In this document: positions 11,976-25,197 of the stretch, in pieces
How the letters are laid out: each line of letters begins with the position of its first letter
Numbering within the stretch: position 1 is the stretch's first letter
Assembly: GCF_006345805.1 (NCBI RefSeq)
Contig: NC_043003.1
Span: forward strand, 79,608,001-79,672,000
Source: Octopus sinensis
Lineage: Eukaryota
DNA: 64,000 bases
Direction of reading: 5' to 3'
Notes under the pieces: model-generated
What the model saw: only the letters and a program-made list of their open reading frames with translations
What the model was told of the DNA's origin: nothing
Databases searched by the model: none
Position numbers and translations under genes: made by a program

Positions 11976-13314
11976 GATAGCTTTTGTGTTAGCACTGGCA
12001 ACTTCACCAGTCATTGTTACATTGTGCAAATTGAAGTGTTTCTTATGCCTATAAAACCTCAAGGTTTTAGGAGTTCCGTAGGTCTTGGTGAAATCTCAGA
12101 TACACCACCAACAACAACAACCCACTTTATTCCTGAACCATTAATACTATGGCAATGAAACTTGAGACATGTACAGACCATTGATATACAAACATTTCTG
12201 TATTACTAACATGTTACTGACGTCGACATATTTCTGTTGGTGTCATCACTTGTACCCAGTTGTGTTAAGCTTTAGTACTTTTATAGTATTCAAAATTTTT
12301 CCGGAATCACTAAGGCTATATGACCATGAAATTTTGCAATGATATAGATACTGTGTGGAAAAGAATGTTTAAGACTTTAAAAAATATCAGCTGACGTCAC
12401 CAATTTTGTGATGAGATATCAAATTTACTCGATGTTTTATTTTTGATTTTTATTTGCCGAAAACTTTTAAGAACTAGTTATGTTATGATACTTAAACTGG
12501 GTAGGAATATAAATCATTAACGGGCAAGCATTTTTACATAACAAAAGCTCTATTGATATCAATAGTTTTCTGATGACGTCATCACTTTTACTCAGATGGG
12601 TCAATATTTTTTATTTTATTTTATTTCAGGAATTTACTCCTGACTTGTCGGCATGGTAACCATATAGTTACCGTGGAAACGATCTGATAGCAACTTAAAA
12701 TACATGTATTATTATAGATTAGTAATTTTGTTTGGTGATATTGCTTCGGTTACAAAGGCTATCAAAGAAATATCATTTTGTACCACCTGTTCAACTCCTG
12801 TCATTTCCATGGCAAGAGAGAAAATATTTTACTTTTTCAAAATCTGTTACGTGAGCATTTAATAGTATAACTTTTAGGAAAAGTCACCAAATTTCTGAGA
12901 AAAATCTGCTTCGTTTCAAAACTTACGCAAAGAAAAAAAAAAGATAAACCACACAAGGGAGAGGTTCTCAGAGCCACTCCTATAGTCACTCAAAATCCCA
13001 GGCATAATACGGTTAGAAATTAGACATTTCATTTTCGTTTCCTTGCACACCGTCATACAAGTCATATAAACTCTTGTTAGCTTGTTTTGTTTATTTTTAT
13101 TACTGTCGTACTTATCAGCACATTACATTGAATCTGATCTTCGTCCCATACACTCAAGATCCATTCTATTTTAAGCAATAAATTAGACCAATATAAAAAA
13201 ATTATGATCCGAATAGTTAAGGAAGTAGCTTCTTGAGTACTTAATTTATCTCTCTATTGTCACATATTCTTCGCACTGCTGACGTTTTGGCATTGTGACT
13301 GGCTATTATTATCC

Positions 13315-13490
13315 TACATCAGGCGTGGGTGTGTGGTTAGAAGTTTACTTCCCAACCAATGAACCCCGAGTTCAGTTCCACTGCGTGGCAGCTTGAACAC
13401 GTATCTCCTTTCTATAGCCCTCAGGCCGACTAATACCCTGTGAGTTGATTTGGTAGACGGAAACTGAAAGAAAGCCGTCGTATCTCCTCC
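13315..13490 (+). mobile_element. tRNA-derived CORE-like SINE family E (5' half)
   Basis: GGCGTGGGTGTGTGGTTAGAAG...AGTTCAGTTCCACTGCGTGGCA...CTATAGCC...GGTAGACGGAAACTGAAAGAAGCC. Confidence 0.75.
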
Positions 13491-13502
13491 ACTCTCTCTC
13501 TT

Positions 13503-13644
<142 letters not shown>

Positions 13645-13699
13645 CTGTGCGTGTGCGTGGTGTGTGTGTACGCGTGTACGTGCGTGCGATTTATCTATA

Positions 13700-14253
13700 T
13701 ATAATTACGAGCAAAACGCCCTTCGTCCAATGGACGGTGCTGAGTTGTCAAACATTTAAACCAAAATTTCTCAAAACAACTTGTCCGACCGTCCCATAGG
13801 TCTCCCCTTTGAGAAACACTGATTTAACCAAAGTTTGGGACACCAGCAAAAGAAGAAATAAACATAGACTTTTTTCTATTCCAAAGAAAATCGATTTTAT
13901 TCACATAAAATATGCAACCGAAGTGTTTAAAGTACCAGTAATGATAAGGCTGTTGACTGAGAGAACACAAACATGGTTTAAACAGTAAGCCTGGCAGGAA
14001 AGAAACATGCCTTTAAGCAGTACAAAAACAACAAAGAATGGAAGGTGCAGTTATGTACAGGTTGACAGAAGAAAAGCAGGACAAAAACTGGTTTATCGAT
14101 CACATTCTCACCTGGAATCGATTTTTGTAATTTTTTCAAGACTTATAACACGCCCTGATATCGTCGGTGTCTACATATCAAATTTGAGCGCAATCGGATG
14201 GAGGATGCCCGAGATCCTAGAAGAACAACACACAGACAGACAGAACGGATTAT

Positions 14254-14275
<22 letters not shown>
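13700..14275 (-). mobile_element. Non-autonomous Helitron-like element, family B
   Basis: Reverse complement of 21308-21690 at both ends (TATATA..CGTTCTGTCTGTCTGTG 5' end; GGGCGTTTTGCTCGT 3' end), with a different internal segment. Confidence 0.6.
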
Positions 14276-14286
<11 letters not shown>

Positions 14287-14519
14287 GAGATCGTGGGTAA
14301 GGCCAAAACATGGCGAAGTAAATCACAAGAAAACAAATATGTGAATTAATATAGACTTACCTTGTATTCAATATTTCTGAGTTGTGACCCCATTTTCAAG
14401 AAATTGACGAATGTCAAATCAAAAACAAAAAACGTCAAAAGGGCGTACATTGTGAATGTATTTGGTTGACGCTCTGATTTGGTTTTTCAAATTTAAGGGC
14501 ATGGACGACTAAAAACCTC

Positions 14520-15165
14520 TTCATAGAATGGTTTACAAACATCTTTTTTGTCTAATTGCAGTAAACTACCATGCACGACATGATGTTTTCAACAAAGCAT
14601 TGCTCTTCTTAGGCAATGTATCAAACCACCAAGCGAACTTAAATGAGCTGTCTGATAATGTGAGAGTAGAATATATCCCTAAGGATACAATTTGTTTGCT
14701 CCATCCAATGGATCAAGAAGTAATAGCTAACTTCAAGGCATATTTAAGAAGTTTCAAACAACTTATCAGAGCAGTTGACAGGGCCGCTAAACCTACAGGA
14801 AAAATGAATGCTGTGGATAACAAGGTCAAATTATGGATGAAGTGAAACCCTTAGCTTTGAATGGTGCTTGGAAAAAATATAAGGCCACACTGTATCCGTA
14901 AGCAGAGAGCCTAAAGCTTGCAAAGATATTGCGACACTTTCAAATGGTGTAGGTTTGAAAAAGTCGAAGAGCATGGGCGTGGTTGAATTACTGGAACCCC
15001 ATAGAGAAAGTTTATCTAACGAGGAAGTGATATTTTTAGAACAAGAGTAAGCTGAAAATACAGATGAGAATACGCAAATTCTATCAACTTCACTTAAATT
15101 GACTAAAAAAGATATTGCTAAAGGTTTTGTACATATAGAGACAGATCTGCATAGTTTGTTGACAA
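14520..15165 (+). pseudogene. Tigger/pogo (DDE_1) transposase remnant
   Basis: ELSDNVRVEYIPKDTICLLHPMDQEVIANFKAYLRSF matches the Tigger motif LPPNTT-x-LIQPMDQG-x-I-x-x-FKAY. Confidence 0.8.
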
Positions 15166-15184
15166 CACATTAATCATACTAATT

Positions 15185-15378
15185 TCAAATTTTGACACAA
15201 GGCCAGAAATTTTGGGAAGTCGATTATATTGATCCCAGTGCTCAACCGGTAACTTAGTTTATCGATCCCGAAACGATGAAAGGCAAATTCGACATCGGTG
15301 GCATTTGAATTTAGAACAGACAAAAACTATTCAGAACAGACAAAATGCCGCTAAGCATTTTGCTCGGCGTGCTAACGA
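15185..15378 (-). mobile_element. SINE family A tail-A copy lacking its head, fused to a tail-B trimer
   Basis: Minus strand: AGAATCGTTAGCACGCCGAGC...CCCAAAATTTCTGGCCTTGTGTCAAAATTTGAAA. Confidence 0.75.
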
Positions 15379-15975
15379 TTCTTATTTCTTTATTGCCCAC
15401 AAGAGGCTAGACATAGAGGGGACAAACAAGGACAGACATAGGGATTACATCGACCACAGTGGGTAACTGGTACTTAATTTATCGATCCCGAAAGGATGAA
15501 AGGCAAAGTCGACCACAGTGGAATTTGAACTCAGAACGTAACGGCAGACGAAATACCTATTTCTTTACTACCCACAAGGGGCTAAACACAGAGGGGACAA
15601 ACAAGGACAGACAAGCGGATTAAGTCGATTATATCGACCCCTGTGCGTAACTGGTACTTATTTAATCGACCTCGAAAGGATGAAAGGCAAATTCGACCTC
15701 GGCGGAATTTGAACTCAACACGTAATGGCAGACGAAATACCTATTTCTTTACTACCCACAAGGGGCTAAACACTGAGGGGACAAACAAGGACAGACAAAC
15801 GGATTAAGTCGATTATATCAACCCCAGTGCATAACTGGTACTTATTTAATCGACCCCGAAGGGATGAAAGGCAAAGTCGACCTCGGCGGAATTTGAACTC
15901 AGAACGTAGCAACAGACGAAATACCGTTAAGCATTTCGCCCGGCGCGCTAACGTTTCTGCCAGCTAGCCGCCTTA
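15379..15975 (-). repeat. SINE-A head plus three tandem tail-B units
   Basis: Same AAAGAAATA|GGTATTTCG junctions (plus-strand CGAAATACCTATTTCTTT at ~15550 and ~15735). Confidence 0.85.
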
Positions 15976-16204
15976 AACAACGCACTAATCACATTGAGAA
16001 TACATTAATCTATATCATAAAAATTACAAGAATAGTTACAATGAGCTCAGTCTCTACACTAGACTATACAAAGAGACGATGCGCCATAAATATCAAACAA
16101 TTTTGGATAAGTTCTTCACCCCTCAACTAGATCTTAATGATAATGAATTTCAGGATAGTTCTTTGTAAATCTCATACGATTTTTATTTATTTCCATTTCT
16201 CTTC

Positions 16205-16451
16205 AAATACTCTTTTACTCTTTTACTTGTTTCAGTCATTTGACTGCGGCCATGCTGGTGCACCGCCTTTAGCCGAGCAAATCGCCCCCAGGACTTATTT
16301 TTTGTAAGCCTAGTACTTATTCTATCGGTGTCTTTTGCCGAACCGCTAAGTTACGGGGACGTAAACACACCAGCATCGCTTGTCAAGCGATGTTGAGGGG
16401 ACAAACACAGACACACAAACATACACACACACGCGCACGCGCGCACACACA

Positions 16452-16509
<58 letters not shown>

Positions 16510-16565
16510 CGACGGGCTTCTTTCAGTTGTCGTCTACCAAATCCACTCACAAGGCTTTTAGTTGG
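16205..16565 (-). mobile_element. SINE family E (3' part with internal CA microsatellite)
   Basis: TTGTTTCAGTCATTTGACTGCGGCCATGCTGG...AAATCCACTCACAAGGC. Confidence 0.8.
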
Positions 16566-17225
16566 CCCATTGCATTGCATATACTTAGAAATGGTTTTTT
16601 TTTTTTTGCTTTTTTTTTAATCTTCCTCCCCACCAAAATCCGTCGGAACGTACCTTTCTTTCATAGCATGAAAATCGTTGAGAAAATTAATTTCGGGTTA
16701 CTAAATTCCATTTTACGATAAGCTTTTCAGAAACGCATTACTTCGATAAGGCAAAACACTATATGAAGCCAGATTGACATATTGAACTGTCTTGCCTTGA
16801 CACAAGCAAACGTTGTTTGGCGAATCCACTCACAAGGCTTTGGTCGGCCCGATGCTACAGTAGAAGGCACGACATGCATACATACATACATACATACATA
16901 CATACATACATACATACATACATACATACACACATACATACATGCATGCATACATACATGCATGCATACATACATACATACATACATACATACATACATG
17001 CAAACATACACATACGCATGCATACACACAGACATGCACATGTTATACATATACACATAAAATGCATACATGATACACATACACACATTCATACATAGAA
17101 ACATACATACACGTACAGAGACTCTTTTCTCTCTTTCTCTTTCACACACACGCATACGCACATACATATATATACGCGCGCCCACGCACATTCAGAGACA
17201 GACAAATAGACAGACACACACACAC

Positions 17226-17461
17226 ATTGTTTCTTTATTACCCACAAGGGGCTAAACACAGAGGGGACAAACAAGGACAGACAAACGGATTAAGCCGATT
17301 ACATCGACCCCAGTACGTAACTGGTACTTAATTTATCGACCCCGAAAGGATGAAAGGCAAAGTCGACCTCGGCGGAATTTGAACTCAGAACGTATCGGCA
17401 GACGAAATACGGCTACGCATTTCGCTCGGCGTGCTAACGTTTCTGCCAGCTCGCCGCCTTA
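17226..17461 (-). mobile_element. SINE family A, tail-B, full length
   Basis: AAGGCGGCGAGCTGGCAGAAACG...CTTGTGGGTAATAAAGAAAC on minus. Confidence 0.9.
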
Positions 17462-17701
17462 TATTCGTTCTGTTTACTTCTCTTGTTACACACACATCAT
17501 TTAGGCATGCAAAAACAGCGAAAATCAAACCATTGATTTGATGTGTACATTCATTCGTATCATGTATTCATTCACACCGTGTTCCGCACAAACAAATGTG
17601 AATATATCACTTGTAGGATATCGCAACAGAAAACGGTTTCTGTAATAGGCGATATGTATAAACGGCAAATCTGCTCCAAGTTACATCTTTTTGTGTATGA
17701 A

Positions 17702-18050
17702 AGTGGAGGCGCAATGGCCCAGTGGTTAGGGCAGCGGACTCGCGGTTGTAGAATCGCGGTTTCGATTCCCAGACCGGGCGTTGTGAGTGTTTATTGAGCG
17801 AAAACACCTAAAGCTCCATAAGGCTCCGGCAGGGGATGGTGGTGATCCCTGCTGTACTCTTTCATCACAACTTTCTCTCACTCTTACTTCCTGTTTCTGT
17901 TGTACCTGTATTTCAAAGGGCCGGCCTTGTCACTCTCTGTGGAGTGTCTGTGGAGTGCTCAACCACTTACACGTTAATTTCACGAGCAGGCTGTTCCGTT
18001 GATCGGATCAACCGGAACCCTCGTCGTCGTAACCGACGGAGTGCTTCCAT
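17702..18050 (+). mobile_element. tRNA-derived SINE family C
   Basis: Head GTGGAGGCGCAATGGCCCAGTGG; small internal deletion; tail CCGACGGAGTGCTTCCATCC. Confidence 0.85.
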
Positions 18051-18254
18051 CCCCACTAGACACAGTGTCTCAGCATAAGTGACGCCTCTTCAGTATTAGA
18101 TAGCAACCGATTATTTTTCATATTCGACAGTGCAGAAACAAGAATTAATGCTCACATCAAAGCCTTGGTTCTTGCTAACTCCCATGCTTGTGATAATTCA
18201 ATTCGGGATTGGCAAGCTACTACATGCATCAGCAGATATTTTACTTGCTGATGT

Positions 18255-18392
18255 ATACACGACGGGCTTCTTTCAGTTTCCGTCTGTCAGATCCACTCAC
18301 AAGGCTTTAGTCTGCCTAATCCAAGGTGCCAAGCAGTGGGATTGAACCCAGAAGCATGCAGTTGGCAAGCAAGCTTCTTACCATACAGCCAC
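18255..18392 (-). mobile_element. SINE family E fragment
   Basis: GACGGGCTTCTTTCAGTTTCCGTCT...GGGATTGAACCCAG. Confidence 0.7.
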
Positions 18393-18669
18393 CTTTCAAT
18401 AATTTGGACCTGGAAATTTCCATTTCCAGCGACTTCGAGGGCCACCTCCCAGTGGTGTCGGGCGTCAACGAAGAGCCCTCGACTACAAGACGACCAACGT
18501 TTTTTTTCCAAGGTCTGGGGTTTCCCACCCCTAAGTCCTAGACCATTACCTAACCACCATTACCCGTCTTGTTGCTTAACAACAACAACAACTACCATAC
18601 AGCCACGCCTTAAAATCATTTTTAATTGGCTCTTCAATAACTTTCTGTAAATGAAAAATAATCTTTCCT

Positions 18670-18850
18670 ACTATGGGCACAAGGCCAGCAACTTGCGAGT
18701 AAGAGCTAGTCAATTACATCAACCCCGCTGCTCAACTGGTACTAATTTTATCGAACACAAAATAATGAAAGTAATTCGAATTCAGAAAATAAAAAGCCAG
18801 GCGAAATGCTGCTAAAGGTTTTGTACGATACGCTAACAATTCTTCCAATG
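18670..18850 (-). mobile_element. Degenerate SINE family A (tail-A)
   Basis: GGCACAAGGCCAGCAAC...CAACTGGTACTAATTTTATCGA. Confidence 0.65.
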
Positions 18851-19186
18851 TATAGAAGACAGAGACTACAAGAAAATTAGCTAAATGTCTCTGTTTGCAT
18901 CTTTGATTTGTAAATATACAATTGCATTGTATAAAGCCGAACGCGTATAATAAAGGCAAGCATGAACAAGGCTGCGAAACGGCTGTAGTTTTAAGGATAT
19001 CAAGTGATTAAATAAACGCATCTATCTCTCACACTTTTGCACACACACGCACACACACACACACACAACACACACACACACACACACCACACACACACAC
19101 ACGCACACACACACGCACACACACACGCACACACACACACACACATATATATAGCAATAGATAATTAGTTAGGTAGGTAGGTAGAT

Positions 19187-19261
<75 letters not shown>

Positions 19262-19262
19262 C

Positions 19263-19316
<54 letters not shown>

Positions 19317-19344
19317 ACAAGAGAAGTAAACAGAACGAAATCTC

Positions 19345-19447
19345 CAGTTTGAATGTTTTCCACCAGTGGTAAAAATTACTTCTCCGAAGACCTACTGTTA
19401 GGCTCTCTGGAGAGTTTTTTTACAACTAGTGGGAAACGTTCAAACTG
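19345..19447. mobile_element. Small degenerate foldback (MITE-like)
   Basis: CAGTTTGAATGTTTTCCACCAGTGGTAAAAA... pairs with ...TTTTTTACAACTAGTGGGAAACGTTCAAACTG; arms ~45-50 bp. Confidence 0.55.
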
Positions 19448-19512
19448 ATTATTTCGATTAGTCTACTTCACTTGTTTATGTATCTAAAGCTACTAGTATA
19501 TCATCTATCTAT

Positions 19513-19604
<92 letters not shown>

Positions 19605-19879
19605 GCATCTGTGTGTGCGCATGTGTGTATGAGTATTTAAGGAAATTACTGATGAAAAAATAAACAGCGGAATGTTATTCAAGGGCTATAACTCATGTAA
19701 TTGTTAATTCCCTTTAATCAAGGGAAGTAATTTTTCTGTTATGGTATTCAATTTGTACATCACTTATCTCGTTGCGTGCGTATGTGTATACGGATGTGTA
19801 TGTGTGTGTGTGTGTGTTTGTGTGTGTATGTGCACACGCACGCAAAAATGAACCGGTATTTCAAAAAAGCGATATGGAG

Positions 19880-20457
19880 AGAAAGAATGGGAAGACGTAG
19901 ATAGATAGATTGATAGATAGATAGATAGATAGATAAACGGATAAAGATGAAGAAGAGAGAGTAAGAGAGAGGAGAGAGAAGGAGAGATAGAGATAGAGAG
20001 AGTGAGAAGGACAGAAAAATAGAGATAGAGATAGAGAGAGAGTGAGAAGGAGAAAGAAAGAGACATAGAGCGAGAGGAGAGAGAGAAAGAGAGAGATAGA
20101 GATAGAGAAAAAGAGAGTGAGGAGGAAAAAGAAGAGAGAGAGAGAGAAGGAGAGAGAAAGAGAGATAGAGAGAGAAAAGGAGAGAGAAAGAGAGAGAGAG
20201 AGGGGAAAAGGAGAGAGATATAGAGAGAGGGAAAAAGAGAGAAAGTAATGGAGGAGAGACAAAAGAGAGATATAGAGACAGAGAGAGAGAAGGAGAGGGA
20301 AGGAGAGAGATAGAGAAAGATAAAGGGGAAGAGAGAAAGAGGGAGATAGAAATAGAGAGAAAGAGAGGGAAGGAAAGAGAGAGATAGAGATAGAGAGAGT
20401 AAAGTAGAGAGAAACAGAGAGAAGATTAGATAGATAGAAATAGATAGATAGATAGAT

Positions 20458-20538
<81 letters not shown>

Positions 20539-20540
20539 TC
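19880..20540. repeat. Long GA-rich degenerate microsatellite
   Basis: Direct inspection; explains the 241-aa SL-rich ORF. Confidence 0.95.
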
Positions 20541-20644
20541 TCATGTATCTCCGCATAACAACATAAGCTTTCTTATATAGATACAATGCTTCAAATGTAA
20601 CGGACTGAAGTACTATTGGACTGGTGGTATATATTTATCGGCTC

Positions 20645-20877
20645 GAAAGGCGGTGAGCTGGCAGAAACGTTAGCACGCCGGGCGAAATGCGTAGCCGTAT
20701 TTCGTTTGCCGCTACGTTCTGAGTTCAAATTCCGCCGAAGTCGACTTTGCCTTTCATCCTTTCGGGGTCGATAAATTAAGTGCCAGTTACGCACTGGGAT
20801 CGATGTAATCGACTTAATCCGTTTGTCTGTCCTTGTTTCTCCCCTCTGTGTTTAGCCCCTTGTGGGTAGTAAAGAAA
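20645..20877 (+). mobile_element. SINE family A, tail-B, full length with TSD
   Basis: 17-bp TSD TATATATTTATCGGCTC at 20628-20644 and 20878-20894. Confidence 0.92.
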
Positions 20878-21106
20878 TATATATTTATCGGCTCCGGAGA
20901 CAAGAAAAGCAGAGTTTGCATAGGAGACAATTTTAGCTCTGGGCGTGCTGAAGTTCCATCCTGACGGGTTTAGTTTGACAATTCGTCCCCAGTACTTAAG
21001 TTTTTAAAGCTCGGTACTTGCTCTATCTTTTTCCTATTGCGAACAACTAAGTTACCGGGATGTAAACAAACCAGCACCAGTTGTCAAGCGATAGTGGGGT
21101 GGGGGT

Positions 21107-21143
<37 letters not shown>

Positions 21144-21307
21144 CACACACACACACATCCCATAGAAGGTTGATTGTTATGACCGGTCAGAGAATGACCG
21201 TTGGCTTTGCACCTATGAAGCTGTGTAGGCCACTCGCTCAGATTAAAATGGGCCGAAGCCCATAACCTCCCTGCAACTGGAGAGAGGAAAACGTCATGGT
21301 CAGTTAG

Positions 21308-21690
21308 TTTTGAAAACAATATATATATATAAAATCGTTCTGTCTGTCTGTGTGTCTCCTAGGATCTCGGGCATCCTCCATCCGATTGCACTCAAATTTG
21401 ATATGTAGATACCAACGGTATCTGGGCGTGTATAAGTCTTGAAAAAATTACAAAAATCGATTCCAGGTGAGAATGCGATCGATAAAGCCGTGGGAACGTG
21501 TATTTGTTCGCGCAAGTACATCAGTCGAAATCCGTCTTTTGCGTGTGTTTCAAACTTTGGTTAAATCAGTGTTTCTCAAAAGGGACGCCTATGGGACGGT
21601 CGGACAAGTTGTTTTGAGAAAATTTGGTTTAAATGTTTGACAACTCAGCACCGTCCATTGGACAAGGGACGTTTTGCTCGTATATATATA
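21308..21690 (+). mobile_element. Non-autonomous Helitron-like element, family B
   Basis: Ends shared with 13700-14275 in the opposite orientation. Confidence 0.6.
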
Positions 21691-22311
21691 ATGCCTTTGA
21701 AATTACTCTTATTCGTGGTTTGGGCTTTAACTGCCCTTTCCAGCATGTAAGCTTGGCCTGCCTTGGTTTAGTTTTACTTTTCCTGTAATTTATATATGAT
21801 GAAATTAATTTTATTCGAAGCACAAGGCTCAAACACAGAGGGGACATACACAGACATGTGGGGACAAAAACACATGAAAAGATGAATGCAAAATGAAAAT
21901 AATTACAGTGAAAAGGAGACGGCCATCTTGGCCCCGCTCAGAGATGAAACCGTGATTTCCCTTTTCTTTTAACCTTACAGTTCAAGGAAAAAGTCTTTAC
22001 AAGTGTTCATTCAACAAGTTTAAGCAAAATTGTTTTTACGAGTCTTTTCACAGTCTTTAAAACAAATCATAATTTACCACTTTAGCTTCTCTTTTATATC
22101 AACATAATTCCACCACCGAAGCGCGAGGTTCAATATCCACCTCCAGCCCCAGCGGATTCACGTCCGACGGAAAAGCCTCCTTCAATGCGTTATACTTTAT
22201 ATCATCCATTAGGATACAACTCGTGTTCTTTTCGTAACCTTCCTCTAAGTTCACGTTTACTATGCCTTTCAATTTTGAAATTCTTCTCTCTAACTTTTGG
22301 GTTATCCTATA

Positions 22312-22670
22312 CTAGCAGTATCGCCCGGCGTTGCTCGGGTCTGTAAGGGAAATAACTATAAAGCATTTTTAGAGAGTTATAGCCAAAAAATGGAAAAAAA
22401 TGATGGTAAATTTTTATTTTGTTAAAAAGGTCGAGTTGCGTCCCCTAGACTATCTGTGGTTTGTGTTTCTGATTCTCGACCCCATGTCGAATTTATCGAT
22501 TTTTTTTCAGAACTGGGGGAACTTTTCAAAATTTTCGCTGCGTTAGTTTTGCATTATGACATTGGGCTATGTGTGTGTCAAGTTTCATCAGAATCGGTTG
22601 AAAGCCGTGGTCAGGGTGAGGGTACAACCTAACAGACACACAGACAAACTGCCGTTTATATATAGAGAGA
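22312..22670 (-). mobile_element. Helitron-like family A
   Basis: A|TC 5' end, CCCGAGCAACGCCGGG hairpin, CTAG|T 3' end on minus. Confidence 0.72.
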
Positions 22671-22925
22671 TTTCACTAGAAAAACCTTACTTCTGTATGT
22701 CTTGTATGTCTGTATTTTGTGACTGTGACTGTGTGTTTTTCTGTTCCTGTAATTCTACGTTTTCCTGTGATTGTCTGCTTATGCTTCTCTGTGACTGTAT
22801 GTCTGTGTATTTGTATGTTTGTGAGTCTGTGTGCTTGTGTGACTATAAATTTGCATGTTTCGTCTGTGTGTCTGTGTTTTTGGGTTTCTGTGATTCTGAG
22901 TTATCTTGTATCTGTTTGTCTACAT

Positions 22926-23353
22926 TTCTTATTTCTTTATTGCCCACAAAGGGCTAAACATAGAGGGGACAAACAAGGACAGACAAAGGGATTAAGTCGA
23001 TTACATCGACCCCCCCAGTGCGTAACTGGTACTTATTTAATCGATCCCGAAAGGATGAAAGGCAAAGTCTCGACCTCGGTGGAATTTGGACTCAGAACGT
23101 AACGGCAAACAAAATACCTATTTCTTTACTACCCACAAGGGGCTAAACACAGAGGGGACAAACAAGGACAGACATAGGTATTAAGTCGATTACATCGACC
23201 CCAGTGCGTAACTGGTATTTATTTAATCGATCCCGAAAGGATGAAATGCAAAGTCTCGACCTCGGTGGAATTTGGACTCAGAACGTAACGGCAAACAAAA
23301 TACCGCTAAGCATTTCGCTCGGCGTGCTAACGTTTCTGCCAGCTCATCGCCTT
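22926..23353 (-). mobile_element. SINE family A tail-B dimer
   Basis: One head plus two units. Approximate TSD TGTTTGTCTACATTTCT / TATTTGTCTATATTTCT encloses both units. Confidence 0.85.
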
Positions 23354-23399
23354 ATATATTTGTCTATATTTCTGTGTGTTTGCATGGCTATGTGTTTGT

Positions 23400-24500
23400 G
23401 TGTCTGTGGGTCTGAATGTTTATGTACTTGGAAGTCCTTGCTTTTGATCAGTAATGAATCCTTATATGTAGCGTTTTTCACTGGTGATCCAACTGGCGAA
23501 CTTTTCCTGCTTTTCGTTGTAGGTTGGATTACTTCTTCTTCCATGGCTTTGTATATTTTCTGTTCCATTATCGATGGTGACCTCCTCCTCTCTCTTTTTC
23601 TTTACTTCACCTCCTCAAAATCACCATCTTAACTGTTATATGATTCTGCTGTTTCTCCACCATTATATTCTCCTGAATACTCTCCTCTACGATTTCCACT
23701 GCTACTCTAGGGCATCTCTTTCTTAAGTGCTCCATTTCACCACATTCGTGACACTTTGGGGGACTCCCCTCCAACTTTATCTCCATCTTTTCTTCATTTG
23801 GTAGCTCTAAAGTTGCAGGTATTCTGTCATAATACTTCTGGATCACTGCACAAATTACCTCTATTCCGTAGCCCCATCACTTCACTTGTTGGGTCTGACT
23901 TATCATGTCCATCCTAACCTTTTCGCTGTTTCCCTCCTTATCGCCGAAAAAAAAAATCACCGCTATTATCCACTCTGGTTTTATCCACGGTGGGATTCTT
24001 CCCACCCTAATTCTAACAAATCGTTTATCCAAACTCCTTGGCAGCAATGTCCTTTTCTTTCCCTGTATCATCCTCTTGGAGGATTTTCCCGCCTCCTCCT
24101 CTAATACAAAGGTTACCACTATAGACGCATATCTCATTCCTCTCGTAAAGAACGCTATGCTATCCCTTATATGTCTTTCCAAAATTTCTTCTATTTCAAT
24201 TCTGTTTTTATTTGAAAAATGTTCTGAATATTACGGTCTTCTTTTCCATTTTCCCTTTTTCCTCCTCTGCCAGGGTCAGTTTTATATTTGACCCTTTCTT
24301 CTTTACCATATTACTATATTTCACTCTCAGCTCTCTATTGCACTGCAGCATCTCCTGTTTCAGCACACTAGGGTCAACGGGCACTCGACCTCCAGTAGCT
24401 TCTGCACAACTTCTCACTCCTCTGCACAACTTCTCACTCCTCACAATCACTCACCACCACCACCACCACCACCACAAGAAAACAAAAAACCGCAGCAAAG
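23400..24500 (-). pseudogene. LINE (Tx1/L1-type) ORF1 gag-like remnant
   Basis: Collinear minus-strand ORFs, including IRVGRIPPWIKPEW and KLEGSPPKCHECGEMEHLRKRCP (C-x2-C-x4-H-x4-C knuckle); interrupted by stops. Confidence 0.7.
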
Positions 24501-24789
24501 CAAAAACACAACCGTTCACAGCAATAAATGATGAGGAAAGGGCTGCATTGACTCCCACTCTCAAGCAGTACCACTTAACAGTTAAATCATACAATTTAAA
24601 AAAGAAGTTTTTCTTATTCTCTATTTTTTGCCTTTCGCATCGTTTTTTTTTAAAGTCTATTTTCTCTTTGTGTGTTAAATTCGATTTAACACACAAACGT
24701 CACTCTCAATGCTATTATTTATAATCGCTCGGTCCAGTCTATTTCTCGCAAGAAGGCGTCGTGACTCTCTTCGCAACACACACACACAC

Positions 24790-25030
24790 GCACGTACACA
24801 CACAAATCCAAAGAACGGAATAAGAACGTATACGAGACGATACAAAGACGGAGAGGAAAAACCAGGACGGAACATTCGTAGCTTTCTTTCCTCAGTCAAG
24901 CTTCCAATCGTCATTACAGTTTCGGCCTGTTACACTCGATACTGTTCGAAATTGGTAGGCCCCAAAAATCTAAGCTAAGGGCATTAAATGTTTGGAAGAA
25001 AGCAAGCGAACATGTTCGACAGCACAGATA
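24790..25030 (-). mobile_element. Short non-autonomous repeat carrying the pseudoknotted hammerhead-like motif (subfamily 2)
   Basis: Homologous architecture to 25445-25750 and 37050-38182; followed by a GA-rich tract. Confidence 0.6.
24873..25012 (-). ncRNA. Hammerhead-like RNA, non-canonical strand order (subfamily 2)
   Basis: GGCCU..ACAGU-A-UCGAGU-GUAAC-AGGCC-GAA-ACUGU..GCUUGA-CUGAGGA-AAGAAAGC; all three helices pair. Confidence 0.6.
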
Positions 25031-25113
25031 AAAAAAAAACCAAAAATGAGAAAATCTTACACGATTACAGAGAGAGGTAGGAGGAAGAGGGATTGAAGAA
25101 TTAGGGAAGGAAC

Positions 25114-25197
<84 letters not shown>

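Noticed and set aside
12100-12950. Non-autonomous DNA transposon with repeated TGACGTCA/CATGG motifs
   Set aside because: Suggestive, but no termini, TSD or second copy are visible in the window.
17702-17780. tRNA genes (also 38938, 41035, 42773)
   Set aside because: A/B boxes are present, but the acceptor and anticodon stems do not close and each continues into a SINE body.
18396-18580. GC-richer segment possibly from a LINE end
   Set aside because: Translations give only vague similarity; orientation and family could not be established.
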